Source of the DNA: Phycisphaerales bacterium
GTDB taxonomy: Bacteria > Planctomycetota > Phycisphaerae > WQYP01
Direction: 5' to 3'
DNA: 64,000 bases
Assembly (NCBI GenBank): GCA_013044165.1
Contig: JABEVB010000161.1
Location: 13,451-77,450 of the forward strand
How positions within the stretch are numbered: the first letter of the stretch is position 1; every line of letters starts with the position of its first letter. The notes beneath the pieces were generated by a model. It searched no databases, had not been told where the DNA came from, and saw only the letters and a list, made by a program, of their open reading frames with translations. Positions 1 to 8,963 of this stretch are shown here, piece by piece. The translations under genes were made by a program, and so were the position numbers.

Positions 1-1
1 C

Positions 2-184
2 GGCAACCCGACCATCGCCAATGTCATGGAGGTCCACATCGCCAAAACCAGCCATTCCTATTCGCCATTCCGTATGGGCGCGGGCGTACTGGGCTATTGC
101 CTGCACGACCTGTTCGGTATAGGGCCCTTCACTGGCAATAAACAGGCCTACGAGAGGCCGTTTGGCTTGCCGTCGCCCCCCTGA
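2..184 (+). CDS. 3' end of an upstream gene (partial, product unknown)
   Basis: Open frame enters from the left edge (...GNPTIANVMEVHIAKTSHSYSPFRMGAGVLGYCLHDLFGIGPFTGNKQAYERPFGLPSPP) and stops at TGA 182-184. No family recognised. Confidence 0.3.
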   Translation, partial: GNPTIANVMEVHIAKTSHSYSPFRMGAGVLGYCLHDLFGIGPFTGNKQAYERPFGLPSPP

Positions 185-419
185 TTGAACTGTTTTTTTG
201 GCCGTGGCCACCTGCCCCATAAACAACTCCTGATGCGCCCTGCAAATGGCGCAGCACAACCTTTGCGCTAATCATAGTAATTTATACGCTTAACGTAGTA
301 GCATCGCAAGCGAATGTGATTATGCTTGAGGGCGTGGCATGAATGCCTCGAGTCTGATATCGGCGGAAAATGTTTTTCGGCCTCAGATTTTTTGGCAATG
401 TCGTGCGATCCAACAAGGT

Positions 420-1181
420 ATGGAGGTTCTCATGTTCAGTTCACTTCTTCTTAAACGATTGTGGCGTAACGTTTCTCCTCAGCAGAGCCATGCCCGTGGC
501 GCAACCGTGCTCTGCCTGGGAGCAGCCCTGATGACCGCCAGCAGCGCCAACGCCAATGTAACCGAATTATTCACAACCCAGCAGGACTTTGCTACTTCTG
601 GCTGGAGCGGAGGCTCCGCACTAACCACAGCCGCCGTAGCAACCCCGGACAGCGACGGCGCAACCACCAATGGGTTGGGCAACAACTCCGCAGCCGGCGG
701 CACCGGAACAGCAGGGGCCTTGCAGGTCACCGTCGCTACACTAGGCTACGACGCGCTCGGAGGACCCGGCGAGAACAATAACAGCGCCTTCTTGGCCGCG
801 CTGGCCGGAGCGTCAACGCTTACCGCTGATTACACTCTACCAACCGGCACTACCACGAGCACTTTTAGTTTGCAATTACTCTTCAACTACCCTAGCAACT
901 ACGTTGCAATCTCGCCCACCAGCGTAAGCGCCACTGCTAACGCCAATGGCTTTTATACGGCAACCTACACGCTTCCAGCCGGTCTGCCGTCAGCTCCCTC
1001 CAGCGGCCTATATTATTTTCAACTGGGCTTCATACTTCCTTTCGACTCGCCGGTGGGGCAAACTTTCACCATTGACAACATTGCCGTATCGCCCGAACCG
1101 GCTTCCCTGGGGCTTCTCGTTTTGGCTGGCAGTAGCATGGTGCTGCTGGGCCGACGGTCGAAACCTGCCGGCAGGGCCTGA
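420..1181 (+). CDS. PEP-CTERM sorting-domain secreted protein
   Basis: ORF 339..1181. Probable start is ATG 420 or 432, followed by a signal peptide (…GAALMTASSANA). The body is Thr/Ala/Gly-rich. The C-terminus VSPEPASLGLLVLAGSSMVLLGRRSK is a classic PEP motif plus TM helix plus basic tail. Confidence 0.75.
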   Translation: MEVLMFSSLLLKRLWRNVSPQQSHARGATVLCLGAALMTASSANANVTELFTTQQDFATSGWSGGSALTTAAVATPDSDGATTNGLGNNSAAGGTGTAGALQVTVATLGYDALGGPGENNNSAFLAALAGASTLTADYTLPTGTTTSTFSLQLLFNYPSNYVAISPTSVSATANANGFYTATYTLPAGLPSAPSSGLYYFQLGFILPFDSPVGQTFTIDNIAVSPEPASLGLLVLAGSSMVLLGRRSKPAGRA

Positions 1182-1280
1182 TATAATATTTAAGTGCTGC
1201 CGTGGAAGCGACGAACTTTCACGGCAGCGCTTTCTGCCCGGCTTTGCAAGTGTGCTGACATTTTTGTGGAGAGCCCAATC

Positions 1281-2261
1281 ATGAAATGCAGCTTTCAACA
1301 CTCCAACCCTCCAGCCCGCAGAGCTTTTACGCTCGTCGAGCTGTTGGTTGTCATCTCAATTATCGCCATCTTGGTGGCTCTATTGCTGCCGGCACTCTCC
1401 AGAGCCAAGCAGCTTGCCACGACGGTAAGCTGCGAATCAAACCTGCGCAGCATTGGACAAATGCTCGTTGAATACACCAACACTTATCAAGACACGCTCC
1501 CCTACGACATAGACCAAGTTGACTATCCGGCCCAACCTTGGTGGCCGCCATTTCCTGTTGGCTGGGATACCGAATTGTTCAGCTTTTACAGCGGCACTGC
1601 GGAAACCAGTTTTTGCAATCCATATATTGCTCAGCAGGTTGATTCAACCCTGTCGCTGCAAACCGGGCTTGCACAGCGATTTGCCGACATCTTCGTCTGC
1701 CCGGCCAGCACCCTGAAACTGCAAACACAATCTTGGTATCCCGATTTCAACACCACCTATGCAGTCAACCCTAACTACTTCCTGCCGTACGCTTCGCTCA
1801 ATGGCACCACCGTCACCCAAAACGAAAAACTCGGCGGAGTCAACGACCCCGGCGAACGAGTTGCCATCGGCGATGCCGTGCAGAATCAGCCCTACTACGG
1901 ATCACCCCTTAGTTTTGGCTGGTACCAGACGTGGGGTTACGATTGGTCGCCTGTTGCGTCGGACCTCTTTGACCTCAACTTCATGCTCCCTCCCGACGGC
2001 CTTTTTGGTGGCGGCTCCAACGCCAATACGGATGGTTTCGTCGGCTGGGAACGTGGCTTCCGCTATCGCCACAACTCAAGCTCCGCGGACACCGGCGACG
2101 GCAATGCCCTCTTCTTTGATGGCCATGTCGAAACCATTCCCATCAACCATAACATTGCGGGTGTATCGCCGGGCGCCGGCACGGATGGCAACACCGGCTT
2201 AAGGATCATCAATGTTATTAACCCGGACCTCGGCAACGGCCAAATGCCTCTTGAAGAATGA
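1281..2261 (+). CDS. DUF1559 / prepilin-type N-terminal cleavage-methylation domain protein (H-X9-DG type)
   Basis: ORF 1194..2261; likely start is ATG 1281 (MKCSFQHSNPPARRAFTLVELLVVISIIAILVALLLPALSRAK, a type IV pilin-like leader). The C-terminal part has GNALFFDGHVETI, as in planctomycete DUF1559 proteins. Confidence 0.85.
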   Translation: MKCSFQHSNPPARRAFTLVELLVVISIIAILVALLLPALSRAKQLATTVSCESNLRSIGQMLVEYTNTYQDTLPYDIDQVDYPAQPWWPPFPVGWDTELFSFYSGTAETSFCNPYIAQQVDSTLSLQTGLAQRFADIFVCPASTLKLQTQSWYPDFNTTYAVNPNYFLPYASLNGTTVTQNEKLGGVNDPGERVAIGDAVQNQPYYGSPLSFGWYQTWGYDWSPVASDLFDLNFMLPPDGLFGGGSNANTDGFVGWERGFRYRHNSSSADTGDGNALFFDGHVETIPINHNIAGVSPGAGTDGNTGLRIINVINPDLGNGQMPLEE

Positions 2262-2349
2262 GCCGCCCTATGGGCCCCAACCGAAAGGCATGCCGCTGCG
2301 CCGCCAGCAGTACATCGCCCATGACTATATACACCAAAAATCGTCTGCT

Positions 2350-3639
2350 TCAGCTTTCGCCGGCGATTAAATCTTCGTACGTTTCACGCCGGCGGATGAT
2401 GTGCCAACCGGATCCGTCCACCAGCACCTCGGCGGCGCGGGGACGGGCATTGTATTGGCTGCTCATGGCAAAGCCGTAAGCTCCAGCCGAAAACACCGCC
2501 AGCAGATCGCCGCGCTTCAGCACCGGCAAATGGCGTTCTTTGGCGAGGTAATCGCCGCTTTCGCACACGGGGCCTACAACGTCAACCTTTACGTCCTCGG
2601 GTGTGCGCAGCGTGCTGAGCCTGTTGGCGGGCACGCCGTGAGCACCGGGGTTGGTCGGCCAGATGAAATGGTAGCTTTCGTAGAGCGTCGGGCGAATGAG
2701 ATCGTTCATCGCGGCATCTACAATGATAAATCGTTTGCTGCCGCCTGCTTTGGTATACTGCACCCGCGTGACCAATATGCCCGCGTTGCACGCAATCGAA
2801 CGTCCCGGTTCCAAAATAATATTCAGCCCGCGACCCGCCAGGAGCGGCACAATAGCCTGGGCATAGGTGGCGGCGGGCGGTGCTTCGTTGCCTTCGTAAA
2901 AAGCCGCAAAACCGCCGCCGATGTCGAGCGTGTCAATCACAATGCCTTCAGCGCCAAGTTGGTCTATAAGCGCCAGCGCCTTGGTGATGGCGCTTACATA
3001 AGGGTCCACGGTTTTAATCGGCGAGCCGATGTGCAGGTGCAGTCCACACAGCCGGGCGTTATTGGCCCGGCGCGCCTGGCGATAAAACTCGCCCGCACGG
3101 TCTATATCCACACCGAACTTGGTCTCTTTTTTTCCGGTGAGTGTTTTGGCATGGGTGCCGGCGCTGGCAACATCGGGGTTCACACGCAAAGCGCAGCGGG
3201 CATGCACACGCTTGGCCGCCGCGAGGCGGTCAAGGTTCCAGAACTCCTCTTCGCTTTCGATATTAAACAGGCCAATGCCGGCCTCAAGCGCTTCGTTTAT
3301 TTCCTGGTCGCTTTTACCCACACCGGCAAAAACGATTTTGCCTGCATCGGCTCCGGCTCGCAGGGCGCGAAACAGTTCGCCGCCCGACACCACGTCAAAC
3401 CCACTGCCCTGCTGCCGCAGCGAACGCAGTATCTCAAGATTGCCGCACGATTTAATTGAATAGCAAATGATGGGGTTCAGCGGCGAAAATGCCTGGGCAA
3501 TACGCTCGTAGTGCGTAAGCAGCGTGGCCTTGCTGTAAATATAGGTGGGTGTGCCGACATGACGTACGATGTCTTCCACGGGAACAGCTTCGCACAGCAA
3601 CCTGCCGTCTTTATAACAAAAATGATCCATATCGTTCAC
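2350..3639 (-). CDS. lysA: diaminopimelate decarboxylase
   Basis: 429 aa. The N-terminus (GTPTYIYSKATLLTHYERIAQAF…) and overall layout are those of a PLP-dependent group IV decarboxylase (alanine racemase-like barrel plus C-terminal beta domain). Confidence 0.93.
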   Translation of the reverse strand: MNDMDHFCYKDGRLLCEAVPVEDIVRHVGTPTYIYSKATLLTHYERIAQAFSPLNPIICYSIKSCGNLEILRSLRQQGSGFDVVSGGELFRALRAGADAGKIVFAGVGKSDQEINEALEAGIGLFNIESEEEFWNLDRLAAAKRVHARCALRVNPDVASAGTHAKTLTGKKETKFGVDIDRAGEFYRQARRANNARLCGLHLHIGSPIKTVDPYVSAITKALALIDQLGAEGIVIDTLDIGGGFAAFYEGNEAPPAATYAQAIVPLLAGRGLNIILEPGRSIACNAGILVTRVQYTKAGGSKRFIIVDAAMNDLIRPTLYESYHFIWPTNPGAHGVPANRLSTLRTPEDVKVDVVGPVCESGDYLAKERHLPVLKRGDLLAVFSAGAYGFAMSSQYNARPRAAEVLVDGSGWHIIRRRETYEDLIAGES

Positions 3640-3690
3640 CTGTTTGCGCCGCGTTGGCCATGAGCAACCCCGTGCCCTGCGGTCCGGCGG

Positions 3691-4512
3691 TTACATAAAC
3701 TTTTCGAGATAGGCCAGTGCCTGCCGCGCAGCTTCCTCAGCGGTTGTTTCGTAGGGGTAAAGCTCCACAGTCAGCCAGCCGGCATAGTTTATATCGCCCA
3801 AGGCCTTAAAAATGCCCGCAAAATCCATGGCACCCTTGCCCGGTATCAGATGCTGATGCACCCGGTCGCCGCGGATGTCTTCAATGTGCACGTGGGCAAT
3901 AATGTCGCGGCACTCCAGCAGCACGCGAGCGGGATCTTCTTCAACACAAAAAAAATGCCCGAGATCGCAATTCATTTTAAGGTTGGGGTGCGCAGCTATG
4001 TTCAAAAACTCGCGGCACTCCGTACTGGTTTGAATAACAAGCCCCGGCTCAGGCTCAACCATCAGCGTTATGCCATGACTCTGCGCCAGCGGCAACACTT
4101 CATGCAAGCCCGCCGCATAGCGGTCAAGGGCGGTTGAACGATCCAGCGTTCCGAGCGGGCCGCCGGGCTGCAGCGAAATGGTTTTACCGCCCAGCGCGGC
4201 GGTCATTTCAATACACTGGCGGGTATGGGCGATGCGCTGCTGGCGTTTGGCGGCGTCGTCTTCAATCCAGGTTGGATGGTACGTATCGCCAACGGCAAAA
4301 AGGGTAAAAGCATTGACATTGGAAATGCCCAGTCGCAGTTTTTCTAGCTGGGCTTTTACCGCGCTGATGCGCTGGGCGGGCATGTGAGCCGGAAGGGCAT
4401 GCGGCACATCGGCCATAATTTCAACGCCGGCGTAGCCCAATGCGCCAATGCTGTCAATGGCGGATTCAAGGGACGTTTTTTTGTATGCGTTGGTTGAAAA
4501 CGCCAGTTTCAT
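3691..4512 (-). CDS. sugar phosphate isomerase/epimerase (xylose isomerase-like TIM barrel)
   Basis: 273 aa. Begins MKLAFSTNAYKK…GYAGVEI… and has HVHIEDIRG…, typical of the AP endonuclease 2 / xylose isomerase-like TIM barrel family. Its ATG overlaps the rplK stop codon (ATGA at 4509-4512). Confidence 0.85.
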   Translation of the reverse strand: MKLAFSTNAYKKTSLESAIDSIGALGYAGVEIMADVPHALPAHMPAQRISAVKAQLEKLRLGISNVNAFTLFAVGDTYHPTWIEDDAAKRQQRIAHTRQCIEMTAALGGKTISLQPGGPLGTLDRSTALDRYAAGLHEVLPLAQSHGITLMVEPEPGLVIQTSTECREFLNIAAHPNLKMNCDLGHFFCVEEDPARVLLECRDIIAHVHIEDIRGDRVHQHLIPGKGAMDFAGIFKALGDINYAGWLTVELYPYETTAEEAARQALAYLEKFM

Positions 4513-4943
4513 GCATCAACCACATCCACACCCATGGAGCGGGCCGAGCCGGCGATAATTTTTTCGGCGGCGGCCAGGTCCGGGGCGTTGAGGTCCTGCA
4601 GTTTCTCCTGGGCGATCTTTTTCAGTTGCGCCTTGGTCAGCTTGCCCACTTTGTTTTTGTTGGGTTCGCCGCTGCCCTTTTCCAGCGAGAGCGCATCTTT
4701 GATCATCACCGAGGCCGGCGGTGTCTTAATGACGAAATCAAAGGATTTGTCGCTGTACACGGTCACTTCAACGCCGACAACCTTACCCTTCAGGGCGCTG
4801 GTTGCCGCATTAAACTTGGTGATGAACTGGCCGGGGTTTACGCCATTGGCGCCCAGCACCGGGCCAATCGGGGGAGCCGGGGTTGCCGTGCCGCCGGGGG
4901 CCTGCATTTTGAACTTCTTGACTACTTCTTTGGCCTTGGCCAT
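4509..4943 (-). CDS. rplK: 50S ribosomal protein L11
   Basis: MAKAKEVVKKFKMQAPGGTATPAPPIGPVLGANGVNPGQFITKFN…KTPPASVMI is a canonical L11 sequence. The start is ATG 4943 (or 4949). Confidence 0.95.
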   Translation of the reverse strand: MAKAKEVVKKFKMQAPGGTATPAPPIGPVLGANGVNPGQFITKFNAATSALKGKVVGVEVTVYSDKSFDFVIKTPPASVMIKDALSLEKGSGEPNKNKVGKLTKAQLKKIAQEKLQDLNAPDLAAAEKIIAGSARSMGVDVVDA

Positions 4944-5027
4944 GTTCAATCCTCAACTACAAGTTTGGCTTAAAAAGCTTACATTTCTGCGGGCGTCGGC
5001 CACGCGGCCGGCCCAGCCTTGTATCTA

Positions 5028-5330
5028 TTAAAGTCCGGCATCCGGCGGGCGGCGCGCCACGCGAACGTTGCGGCGACCATCGCCTTTGAGCTTTTGGCTC
5101 ACATTGTGCCACCCCAAACGCAGGGCGACTCCCGCGCCCAAAATGGCCACAACCACCAATACCGACAAAACCACCACCGACAAAAAGATCGCACCGAGCA
5201 CCACCAGCGGCAATGCCACACCGAATACCATCGCCAAGACCAGCCAGCGGGGCATCGTGCGACGTGGGTGGGCGCCATCGCCTGCCCCCAATCGCGGATT
5301 ACCAAAATCGCCGTACACTACCTTGATCAT
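5028..5330 (-). CDS. hypothetical small membrane protein (about 2 TM helices)
   Basis: 100-aa ORF between nusG and rplK. It has a hydrophobic core (WLVLAMVFGVALPLVVLGAIFLSVVVLSVLVVVAILGAGVAL) and GC-rich third positions. No family recognised. Confidence 0.45.
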   Translation of the reverse strand: MIKVVYGDFGNPRLGAGDGAHPRRTMPRWLVLAMVFGVALPLVVLGAIFLSVVVLSVLVVVAILGAGVALRLGWHNVSQKLKGDGRRNVRVARRPPDAGL

Positions 5331-5416
5331 CGCGTTTCACCTATGCGACTGCCCTGCTTGTGTCAAAGAACCGCATCCCGATTCCGAGACTCTGCGGCCC
5401 CTTCGGCCCGGCAATC

Positions 5417-6019
5417 TTACTGCACTTTCTCCAATTGCCAGTATTCGAGTTCAAGCGGCGTTGCCCGGCCGAAAATGGTCACAATAACGCGAACCACGCC
5501 CTTATCCGGGAAAATTTCGTCCACCGTGCCTTCAAAGTTCTCGAAGGGGCCTTCCTTGATTTTAACAGCATCACCCTTGGAAAACTCAACCTTCACAGCC
5601 GGGCCGGCGTCGGGCTTCTCCGCCTCGGCAAGAATCTTTTCCTGCTCTTTTTCGCTGATTGGCTCGGGCTTGTTCTTCTGCCCGATAAAATCGCCCACAC
5701 CCTGCGTTTCGTGGAACAGGTAATGGGCCTTTTCTTTGATGGTTCCGTCTTTGTTGAGTACCATTTCAACAAACACATAACCCGGATAAAGCTTGTGCTC
5801 TGAAACCTTCTGTTGACCCGCTTTGACGCGCTTAACGCGTTCGCGCGGCACAAGCACCCGGCCGATGATTTCGCCAAGATTTTCGATCTTGACTTTCCGT
5901 TCCAAAGCATCGCGAACCTGGTCTTCGCGGTTGGAGGCGACGCGCAGAACAAACCATTGCATTGCCGGGTTTGTCACCGATTGCTCCGTTGCTGTGTTCG
6001 TTTCCATAATGCTGTCCAT
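5417..6019 (-). CDS. nusG: transcription termination/antitermination factor NusG
   Basis: The NGN domain (QWFVLRVASNREDQVRDALERKV…YPGYVFVEM) and a C-terminal KOW domain (FSKGDAVKIKEGPFENFEGTVDEI) are both present. Confidence 0.95.
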   Translation of the reverse strand: MDSIMETNTATEQSVTNPAMQWFVLRVASNREDQVRDALERKVKIENLGEIIGRVLVPRERVKRVKAGQQKVSEHKLYPGYVFVEMVLNKDGTIKEKAHYLFHETQGVGDFIGQKNKPEPISEKEQEKILAEAEKPDAGPAVKVEFSKGDAVKIKEGPFENFEGTVDEIFPDKGVVRVIVTIFGRATPLELEYWQLEKVQ

Positions 6020-6048
6020 TCTCGACCATTACCGGCACTCGGCCGATG

Positions 6049-6438
6049 TTAACTCAACACGTGTATATACTTAAACAACCAAACAAATCCGCCGTCCACA
6101 ACCCAGAGCATCAAAGCAAGCCCCAAGACCATCATGATGACCAGTTTGGTGGCGTTGACCACCGTTCGGGCGGCCGGCCACGCGACTTTGCGCATCTCGC
6201 TCTCGGTAAGAATCATAAAATCGGCAAACCGGCGGTTGTTGACCGCCCAGTAGGCCAACAGCCCACCAAGTACCGCCAGCACCAACGATAAAATCGCCTT
6301 GGCATACGATGGCCATGGGTAAACAATCGAATGATCCACCCATTGAATGCCCAGCAAAACCAGCAGGCCAATGCCGACAACCGTGCCCAACCGCACAAAC
6401 TTGCCCTGCCCCTTTTTATAAATTCCAAACGCTGCCAC
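6049..6438 (-). CDS. secE: preprotein translocase subunit SecE
   Basis: 129 aa with 3 predicted TM helices. The C-terminal part FMILTESEMRKVAWPAARTVVNATKLVIMMVL matches the SecE signature. It sits in the conserved position upstream of nusG. Confidence 0.9.
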   Translation of the reverse strand: MAAFGIYKKGQGKFVRLGTVVGIGLLVLLGIQWVDHSIVYPWPSYAKAILSLVLAVLGGLLAYWAVNNRRFADFMILTESEMRKVAWPAARTVVNATKLVIMMVLGLALMLWVVDGGFVWLFKYIHVLS

Positions 6439-6557
6439 GGTACATCCTTACAAAACTCGTTGGTCGCCGCCGGGCCGTAAATCCCATAAACGCACCGCCG
6501 ACGCCAGCCGTCGCGCCATGCCTTTACGAGCCTGCCAAGCCGGGCACTGCCGCGGAA

Positions 6558-6630
6558 CACAGCAGGCAGGAGTCGAACCTGCAACCCCCGGTTTTGGAGA
6601 CCGGTGCTCTGCCAATTGAGCTACTGCTGT
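6558..6630 (-). tRNA. tRNA-Trp (anticodon CCA)
   Basis: The reverse complement folds as a cloverleaf: acceptor ACAGCAG/CTGCTGT, anticodon arm CCGGT-CTCCAAA-ACCGG, T arm GCAGG-TTCGACT-CCTGC. It is in the classic position ahead of secE-nusG. Confidence 0.9.
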
Positions 6631-6684
6631 AGGCAAATTCCATTGTGCCATAAAACCGCAACAAACCCAAATTGCCAAACCGAC

Positions 6685-6843
6685 TCACTTACCCTTTTTA
6701 ATTTTGTGGTCGGTATGCTTGCGCAAACGGGGCGAAAACTTCCGAATCAGCTTTTTGGTATCCATTTCCTTTGGATTTATGCTGATGCGATAGTTCAGGT
6801 CCTGCGTTTCGGTGCATTGCAGCCAGGCCCATTCTCTTGCCAT
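6685..6843 (-). CDS. rpmG: 50S ribosomal protein L33
   Basis: The last 52 codons of ORF 6685..6957, MAREWAWLQCTETQDLNYRISINPKEMDTKKLIRKFSPRLRKHTDHKIKKGK, have the L33 pattern. The ATG is at 6843. Confidence 0.9.
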   Translation of the reverse strand: MAREWAWLQCTETQDLNYRISINPKEMDTKKLIRKFSPRLRKHTDHKIKKGK

Positions 6844-6936
6844 GACGTTTCTCCAAACTTTAAGCCCGGCGGCAACCCGCCGAGGCCTTGCGTAAAGCCA
6901 CCCACGCGACATGCGCACGTGGCGTCCGCTAATCAT

Positions 6937-6981
6937 GTAGCCACGCCGGACACTCACAATTGATGGCGCCGGCGTGGCTAC
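6937..6981. repeat. 13-bp perfect inverted repeat between tuf and rpmG
   Basis: GTAGCCACGCCGG (6937-6949) and CCGGCGTGGCTAC (6969-6981) with a 19-nt loop. There is no U-tract on the minus-strand transcript. Confidence 0.6.
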
Positions 6982-7009
6982 TTGAGTTCACTAAAATAAC
7001 TCGCGGCAC

Positions 7010-8221
7010 TCAGGCGATGATCTTGGTAACCACGCCTGCGCCAACCGTGCGACCACCCTCGCGGATGGCAAACCGCACGCCCTGCTCCATCGCAATGGGG
7101 CAGTCGCCGAGGTCAACGTTAATTTTCACGTTGTCACCCGGCATCACCATTTCCGCCCCGCTGGTAAGGTCCAGCGAACCGGTTACGTCGGTGGTGCGGA
7201 AGTAAAACTGCGGACGATACCCCTTGAAGAAGGCCGTATGACGACCGCCCTCTTCCTTGGTCAGGACGTAAATTTCCGCTTCGAACTTGGTGTGCGGCGT
7301 AATCGAGCCGGGCTTCGCAAGCACCTGACCACGTTCGAGTTCTTCTTTTTCGACGCCGCGGAGCAGCAAGCCCACGTTGTCGCCGGGAATGGCCGAGTCC
7401 AGAGTTTTCTGGAACATTTCCACGCCGGTTACGATGGTCTTCTTGGAGTCCTTTTTCAGGCCGACGATTTCGAGTTCATCGCCAACCTTTACCGTGCCAC
7501 GTTCCACACGCCCGGTACCTACCGTGCCACGACCCTTGATCGAGAACACGTCTTCCACCGGCATAAGGAAGGGCTTATCGGTTTCGCGTACCGGTTCGGG
7601 GATGTAGGTATCCAGCGCTTCGACCAACTTCATGATTGGCTCGATCGCCTTCGCATCGGTCGGGTTCTTAAGAGCGTTGACCGCAGCGCCGCGGATGATC
7701 GGAATCTCGTCACCCGGGAACTTGTACTTGTTAAGCAGCTCCCGGATTTCGAGTTCCACGAGTTCCAACAGCTCGGGGTCATCCACGAGGTCAACCTTGT
7801 TGAGGAACACCACAATACGCGGAACGTTTACCTGGCGGGCCAGAAGCACGTGCTCGCGCGTTTGCGGCATCGGGCCGTCGGCGGCCGACACCACCAGAAT
7901 AGCGCCGTCCATCTGGGCGGCACCGGTGATCATGTTTTTAACGAAGTCGGCGTGGCCGGGGCAGTCAATGTGGGCATAGTGCCGATTGGCCGACTCGTAT
8001 TCCACGTGCGACACCGCAATGGTCACGATTTTGGATGGATCGCGACGTCCCTGCTTTTCGGAAGCCTTCGCAACCGAATCGTACGAAACGGCCTGCGCCA
8101 AGCCCTGCGCCGCCAACACCGTAGTGAGGGCCGCGGTCAGGGTGGTCTTGCCGTGGTCAATGTGCCCGATAGTGCCTACGTTTACGTGAGGCTTCTTGCG
8201 TTCAAATACGCCCTTTGCCAT
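7010..8221 (-). CDS. tuf: elongation factor Tu
   Basis: [32 protein letters not shown]…[21 protein letters not shown]…NKVD. 403 aa. The ATG is at 8221, inside the longer ORF 7010..8386. Confidence 0.97.
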   Translation of the reverse strand: MAKGVFERKKPHVNVGTIGHIDHGKTTLTAALTTVLAAQGLAQAVSYDSVAKASEKQGRRDPSKIVTIAVSHVEYESANRHYAHIDCPGHADFVKNMITGAAQMDGAILVVSAADGPMPQTREHVLLARQVNVPRIVVFLNKVDLVDDPELLELVELEIRELLNKYKFPGDEIPIIRGAAVNALKNPTDAKAIEPIMKLVEALDTYIPEPVRETDKPFLMPVEDVFSIKGRGTVGTGRVERGTVKVGDELEIVGLKKDSKKTIVTGVEMFQKTLDSAIPGDNVGLLLRGVEKEELERGQVLAKPGSITPHTKFEAEIYVLTKEEGGRHTAFFKGYRPQFYFRTTDVTGSLDLTSGAEMVMPGDNVKINVDLGDCPIAMEQGVRFAIREGGRTVGAGVVTKIIA

Positions 8222-8344
8222 GAATGGTAACCTCCTGAGGTTATTAAAAGTTATAGCTGCGAGCCATTGTGGATCGCAAAAACGCCATACAAAATTCTTC
8301 CCGCATGCCCGAGACACGCGTCTCGGCAGCACTTGTGTCGCCCA

Positions 8345-8417
8345 AGCTGCTGAAGGGACTTGAACCCTTGACCTCGTCCTTACCAAGGACGTGCTCTACC
8401 AGCTGAGCTACAGCAGC
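8345..8417 (-). tRNA. tRNA-Thr (anticodon GGU)
   Basis: Reverse complement GCTGCTGTAGCTCAGCTGGTAGAGCACGTCCTTGGTAAGGACGAGGTCAAGGGTTCAAGTCCCTTCAGCAGCT. Anticodon loop is TTGGTAA. This is the usual tRNA-Thr upstream of tuf. Confidence 0.9.
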
Positions 8418-8624
8418 GGCGTGGCCAGTTTCGCGCCATCCTGCCACCGGCGCAGCGCTTATGCAGCGCCGGCGCGGCCTCGCGGGACGAAACAGTGTAA
8501 CGGCTATCGCTCGCTACTGCAACGGTCGCAGGGCCAACCAAAAGGCCGCTGCTCGGCCGACCGCCCCAAACCTACGGCCGCACCGCCGGCCGCACCGCAA
8601 GCTACGCTCTCTTTCCCGGCCAAG

Positions 8625-8698
8625 GGTGGATTACGGGACTCGAACCCGCGACCCCGAGGACCACAACCTCGTGCTCTGCCAACTGAGCTAAACCCACC
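8625..8698 (-). tRNA. tRNA-His (anticodon GUG, with encoded G-1)
   Basis: The reverse complement has an extra 5' G (G-1) opposite discriminator C. Acceptor GTGGGTT/AATCCAC, anticodon arm CGAGG-TTGTGGT-CCTCG, T arm GCGGG-TTCGAGT-CCCGT. Confidence 0.85.
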
Positions 8699-8882
8699 GC
8701 ATGTCAAGACCTTTTAGTTTAGAATGCGCACGCCACGGCGTCAAATTACCCCGACAGCCGGGTGCATGGGCACCGCCACTACCTTGCGCCTTAAACCGTA
8801 GAAGATTGCATCAAAATCCCGGCAACTCACCAACATCTGCCACCGTCGCTGCTAAAGCAGCGCCTTACAAAAAACATCCCTA

Positions 8883-8912
8883 TCACTCCCTCGCTGGTCA
8901 CTCCCTCGCTGG
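8883..8912. repeat. perfect 15-bp tandem duplication (TCACTCCCTCGCTGG x2)
   Basis: Read directly from the sequence; intergenic, between the pilD-like 3' end and tRNA-His. Confidence 0.8.
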
Positions 8913-8963
8913 CCAGCACGCCAGCCCAATCCAAGCGAGTCATTTCCACCTGCCGCCAGCCGC

